DNA of 63,013 nucleotides, filler included, from Perkinsus chesapeaki ATCC PRA-425 (Eukaryota; Protista; Perkinsozoa): NCBI GenBank assembly GCA_013115145.1. It is 8 parts of 8 records of this genome, joined end to end, with 100 filler letters (N's around TTAATTAATTAA, not from the genome) between each part and the next. Parts side by side here need not be neighbours in the genome. Positions count along the whole stretch, not along the records: positions 58,579 to 60,380 come from JAAPAO010001778.1; positions 60,481 to 63,013 come from JAAPAO010001584.1; 6 more parts are not named here. One strand, 5' to 3'. Shown piece by piece: positions 58,579 to 63,013 of this stretch (position 1 is its first letter; each line of letters starts with the position of its first letter). The notes under the pieces were generated by a model. It saw only the letters and a program-made list of their open reading frames with translations, ran no database searches and was not told where the DNA came from. The position numbers and the translations under genes were made by a program.

Positions 58579-60380
58579 GCTTGTCCACAAGGTTTTTGAC
58601 TTCTTCTCTCCACTTGTGGGGGATCGGGCGAGGTTTCTGAGAAAAGGGCTTGTCAGTTTTCAACGGAATAGCGTGCTCTACTGAATCACATTTACCAGGG
58701 CGTGAGGAGAAGAGGTCAGGGAATTCGAGGCACAGACTGGCGAATCGTTTCTTATCAGGGTTGGCCTTGAGGTCGAAGGTCGGAAAGGTTACAGCGGGAG
58801 CCTCGTCGGAGAGGTCCGGGACTGCGAATCTAAGGGCACCAGAGATATCGTCGTCGGATAGATCGTCCGTGGTGACTCCACCTGGCGGCCATACGCTGCC
58901 GTGGTCACCGGGGCGAGGGACCGGGGGGAACCAAGAGTCAGGTATAGGCATTTTAGTCGGTAAACCATCGGCCTTGAGTTCATCGTCGGTCAAGGGCTGC
59001 TTTACCGAGAGCATGGCGATAAGACGGGGCCAGGGTAGGGCGGAAGCAACGACTCTCTGGACCTTCCTACTTGTGCGCTTCGCAGCACGCACGCGTCGCC
59101 TGCGCCTGCGCGTACGCTTCCTCCGGCGCGAGGGGCCGGAGGGCTGGTCTTCCTCTCCAAGCCCTGTCTGGGGGTTAGGTGAGGCATCCTCAGCGGGCGT
59201 AGCGAAGGTGGCAGGGCGGGGTGCAAGCCGTGTCGGCGCGTTGTCAACAAAAGGTAGATTTTTACTAGTAATCTTCTTATCATTCAAATTGTGCAGGGCT
59301 TGAATCAGGCCAGTGGGAGTCTGCAAGGGCCGAGGCTTCCACCTTGTAGCCGATACCGAGTAGCCACGTCCAGCGTCCGTCAGGGTCGGTATTGGCCGAT
59401 CCTTCAGGACTCCTTCCAAGGCAGGGGGGACGAGTTCTCGATAGACAACAGCTAAACTATAATGAGACATGAAATCGCTACCGAGTAGGATAGGGTGCAC
59501 GCACGCTCTAACTACTAGGAAGACCATAGGGACGACAACGTCCGGAGTGAGGTCAGGACCCGGCGGCGGAGGGTCTGCCTCCTGAAAAGAAGGTTTAAGT
59601 AATCTGCTCGAATCGTACAACGAAATGTTCAGGGCTACAGCGCCCAACAGATCAAAACTATGTCCTTGCGCGGAAATGAGTTCCAACCCGCGGACGGGCT
59701 TTACCTCACAACCACTCGGGACAGACCGGGCATCAAGTAGAGTGTAACAACTACCAGTGTCCACAAGGGCCTGACAAGGACCACGACAATCCGTGTCAGA
59801 CGAAACCGCGGCGTATAGAAAATTGCCAAAGGACCCGCCGAAAGTCTCAAGGGCAAATGGGGACGGCGACCGAGGGCCGCTTATCGGCCGCCCTGGGGGT
59901 TTCCCTGGGCTGGAGGGGAACCACCATTGGGGTTGGGAGGTCGATTACGGACAACTCGGTTCGGGTTCTGGTAACAGTCACGCGCCAGGTGACCAGTCCT
60001 ACCACAAAGGTAGCAACCCTCTGCAAATTTCTTATTAGGGCACTCGTAGGTGGGGTGCTCTATCGATTTGCAGAGACCACAGTGTCTGGGGCGGGCCGCC
60101 GCAACCGTGGGGTTGCCAGGGGGTGGCCTTGAGGGCCCAGACGTTCTCTCCTCGAGCTTTTGCAGGATGCGGTCCATCTTCTGTTCTATGCGGCGGGAAT
60201 GTTTGTCTTGTTCCTTCGGGGTATTCGAGTCATCGGGGGAACGACTAGGTAACACTCCGGCGGCTGTAGCAACTCGAGGAGCAGGGGGAAGCATCGCTTC
60301 TTGAGGGTTCTCCGGGTCGTCAAGGGCCAGGACACTGTCACACATGACGCACGCTTCTTCTACAGTCTTTGGGTCAGACA
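58579..60380 (-). mobile_element. Ty3/Gypsy gag-pol fragment, both ends truncated
   Basis: Two knuckles CGLCKSIEHPTYEC and CYLCGRTGHLARDC, protease LVDTGS...ILLGSDFM, RT start HAIPLKTDKPFSQKPRPIP. Pol is in the -1 frame. Confidence 0.92.
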
Positions 60381-60480
60381 NNNNNNNNNNNNNNNNNNNN
60401 NNNNNNNNNNNNNNNNNNNNNNNNTTAATTAATTAANNNNNNNNNNNNNNNNNNNNNNNNNNNNNNNNNNNNNNNNNNNN
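60381..60480. other. Artificial contig spacer
   Basis: N-run, TTAATTAATTAA, N-run; 100 bp. Confidence 0.98.
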
Positions 60481-60551
60481 TGCGCCCGCCGGGAGTCGAA
60501 CCCGGGTCACAAGCATGGGAAGCTTGTATGATACCGTTACACTACGAGCGC
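60481..60551 (-). tRNA. tRNA-Gly(CCC)
   Basis: GCGCTCG/CGGGCGC acceptor, CAAGC-TTCCCAT-GCTTG anticodon arm, CCGGG-TTCGACT-CCCGG T-arm, A73. Confidence 0.93.
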
Positions 60552-60663
60552 TTTCTGATATACTTTACTCTGTAGCAGCTCCCGATTACCCATGGGGATG
60601 AGTAACGGGAACAAATGCTACCAGAATAGTGGATGAGAAAGTGTATGTTTGTGACCTAAATAC

Positions 60664-60734
60664 TGCGCCCGCCGAGAGTCGAACCCGGGTCGCAAACATG
60701 GGAAGCTTGTACGATACCGTTACACTACGAGCGC
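60664..60734 (-). tRNA. tRNA-Gly(CCC), variant
   Basis: Four transitions relative to copy 1; the stem changes become G-U pairs. Confidence 0.8.
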
Positions 60735-60846
60735 TGCGTGATGTATTTTACTCTTTAGCAGCTCGCGAGTACCCATGGAGATGAGTAACGGGAACAAATG
60801 CTACCAGAATAGTGGATGAGAAAGTGTATGTTTGTGACCTAAAGAC

Positions 60847-60917
60847 TCCGCCCGCCGGGAGTCGAACCCGGGTCACAAGCATGGGAAGCTTCTATGATAC
60901 CGTTACACTACGAGCGC
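60847..60917 (-). tRNA. tRNA-Gly(CCC), possibly pseudo
   Basis: G-G mismatches at the first acceptor pair and the first anticodon-stem pair. Confidence 0.65.
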
Positions 60918-61029
60918 TTCCTGGTGTACTCTACTCTTTAGCAGCTCGCGATTACCCATGGGGATGAGTAACGGGAGCAAATTCTACCAGAATAGTGGAT
61001 GAGAAAGTGTATGTTTGTGACATAAAGAC

Positions 61030-61100
61030 TGCGCCCGCCGGGAGTCGAACCCGGATAACAAGCATGGGAAGCTTGTATGATACCGTTACACTACGAGCGC
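61030..61100 (-). tRNA. tRNA-Gly(CCC)
   Basis: Stems intact; variable loop TTAT instead of TGAC. Confidence 0.85.
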
Positions 61101-61212
61101 TTTCTAGTGTACTTTACTCTTTAGCAGCTCGCGATCACCCATGGGGATGAGTAACGGGAGCAAATGCTACCAGAATAGTGGATGAGAAAGTGTATGTTTG
61201 TGACCCAAACAC

Positions 61213-61283
61213 TGCGCCCGACGGGAGCCGAACCCGGGTCACAAGCATGAGAAGCTTGCATGATACCGTTACACTACAAGCGC
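61213..61283 (-). tRNA. tRNA-Gly body with CTC anticodon, possibly pseudo
   Basis: Anticodon loop TT-CTC-AT, T-loop TTCGGCT, one T-stem mismatch. Confidence 0.6.
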
Positions 61284-61419
61284 TTTCTGGTATAATTTAC
61301 TCTTTAGCAGCTCGCGATTACTCATGGGAATGAATAACGGGAGCTAATGTTACCAGGTAGTGGATGATGAAGTGTACGTGGGTTATCTAAAGCCTGCCTC
61401 CCCGAGAATCTGAAAGTGG

Positions 61420-62480
61420 TCATGGACCATAAATTGCGGTGGTGGTGCAGCAATTCGGATCAAGCATGAAGATAACCCTCTCCAGTCCCCTCCAGTTCCG
61501 GTTGGGATACAATGCATCCGATACATTCTTCATTCTTGCTGCTGAACTAAATGCGGCAGAATGTGGTGCGACTTTCCTAGCCGAAAAGATATCGTCGCAT
61601 ACAGCGAGTTCGTGCGCAAAACAGTCCAATAAAGACCCGAAACGCTCGATCGATTTGTGTAAAGCAGATGGTTTAATTTCATCGGGGTATTTTCTGCGCG
61701 AGTTCGGAAGTTCGTCCGTATCTTTGTGTCATCGCATGCAACGGCTAAGTGGCTTAATTGCTTGAATAAGGCCAATGTGGTCCTTACATGCGCGGCCTCT
61801 GTTTTGACTAGAATATCACTAGAAGTGGTGGCAGCGGAATAGTAACAACGGTGAGAGTCTAGAGCGCCTTGCCAAAAATTTGCCTTGTACAGTTGTTACA
61901 CTTTAAGGAGTCTTGTCGAATTGAGTCTGTTGCATAGGTCTATTAGACATCCTACAATGCCGGGCAAGACCCTCGCCGTAGCTTGGCATTTACAATTTAT
62001 AATGGAAACCGCTTCATCCGCAGGAGCTGACATGGCCAAGCAAGCAGTTGTGTCGGAAGTGCTTGGAAGGGTAGCTAACACTACTCGAAGTGCCGTTTGC
62101 TCGGTTCATCGTTTGCCGCGTAGCTGTCCGGCTGAAAAGATAATCTCTTTCTATTTTGCTAGACCGGACAGCTTTACAGGCAGCCTTCTGAGTCGAAGGA
62201 AGTGCTTTGCAGGCCGAAGATTCTCCCCATCAAGTCGATCACGCTTGAGAAAATTGGTAAGTCGAGTTGGATCTAGGCCAAATCTCACTCCTCGCCCTGT
62301 ATTGAGCAAGATAGGGAAACTGGCAAGCCTTACGCTTAACAATCATCTTACAAAGCACGCTTGCTCTCAGGAAGGATGGAGCAACATCTTATCGCTCAAG
62401 CCGCGCGCAAACCAAATGACAATTAGGATCACTGTGAGTCTATTATTCGGCAGGACTTTCCAACAGCGCCGCTAATCCAT
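61420..62480 (-). mobile_element. Decayed hAT transposase C-terminal remnant
   Basis: DIFSARKVAPHSAAFSSAARM...RNWRGLERVIFMLDPN resembles the hAT dimerisation motif; an upstream LDP motif; several stops. Confidence 0.4.
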
Positions 62481-63013
62481 CAGTTACCCATAATAAACTG
62501 ACGCTGAGCATTCTACGTTCTATTCGTGGCAAGCATGGTTGAAGTGAAAGTGGTTTTCGTATAGCTCTGATATTGTGTTCTTCAACTGGGGAATCGTTTT
62601 GTTCGAGTATCCACCTCTCCCGTCATGGAAGCATCTTGCGCCCCAGGAGCAAATACGCCGTCCAAATCGGACGAGATGAAGTAACACTGGGAGCCATATC
62701 GTCGACCTTATGTACAGTCTTTGGTCAGATACGACTCACTGACACCCGCACTACGGCTTAGAGCCTTCCCTTTAGATCTGTATGACAGTGCAGCTGACTA
62801 CGAAACTCGAACTCCGGAAGGGTGGCTCGCGTGGTGTGCCGAAGTCGAGTCGGCTGGGCAAACATCAGCAGATGTTCTGCACTTTCTCGATGGTTACAAT
62901 CGTCTCGTACCATGTAACGTATGTGGCTACGATAGCCTGGTGTTGTCGTGGAGCGCACAATGTTGGCGCGCGCCCCGACAAAGATGATTCTGTGTTATAG
63001 CTAAAGCTAGGCT

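Larger units (their letters stand above)
60481..61412 (-). repeat. 183-bp tandem array of tRNA-Gly units, truncated by gap
   Basis: Copies start at 60481, 60664, 60847, 61030 and 61213; a degenerate sixth remnant lies near 61394. Confidence 0.95.

Noticed and set aside
16846-60480. Seven TTAATTAATTAA palindromes in N-runs as a biological motif
   Set aside because: All seven blocks are exactly 100 bp and the 12-mer gives stops in six frames, so this is an assembly linker. ORFs with X runs are artefacts.
60481-61412. CRISPR array (also considered for the 30-bp and 41-bp repeats)
   Set aside because: The spacers are near-identical rather than unique, the units contain tRNAs or are plain tandem repeats, no cas genes are present, and the context is eukaryotic.

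Overview
Eukaryotic (alveolate, most likely Perkinsus-like) genomic DNA. It is not one continuous locus: seven identical 100-bp artificial spacers (N-run, TTAATTAATTAA, N-run) split it into eight contigs, so adjacency across spacers is unproven. The taxonomic call is inference from short GT-AG introns, pyrimidine-AG acceptors just upstream of ATGs, a MORN-SAM-TKL kinase and Cys-rich mucin domains. Contig 1 (1-16845): a Ser/Thr-rich surface protein and its pseudogene, a FAM136A-like gene, two intronless F-box/LRR paralogs, an ABHD4/5-like hydrolase, and two divergent tiny secreted six-cysteine peptides missed by the ORF track. Contig 2 (16946-35697, very AT-rich): a secreted protein, a 2OG-Fe(II)-oxygenase-like/Ctr copper transporter fusion, EHD, TKL kinase, PDI and a small Tim. 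Contig 3: two tandem phosphagen-kinase-like genes with degenerate active sites. Contig 4: an MFS 3' end and a mucin-like gene interrupted by an intact Ty3/Gypsy element with identical LTRs. Contigs 5-7: hAT and Gypsy fragments. Contig 8: a 183-bp-period tRNA-Gly(CCC) array, one copy with a CTC anticodon, then a hAT remnant. All calls were made by eye; no searches were run.
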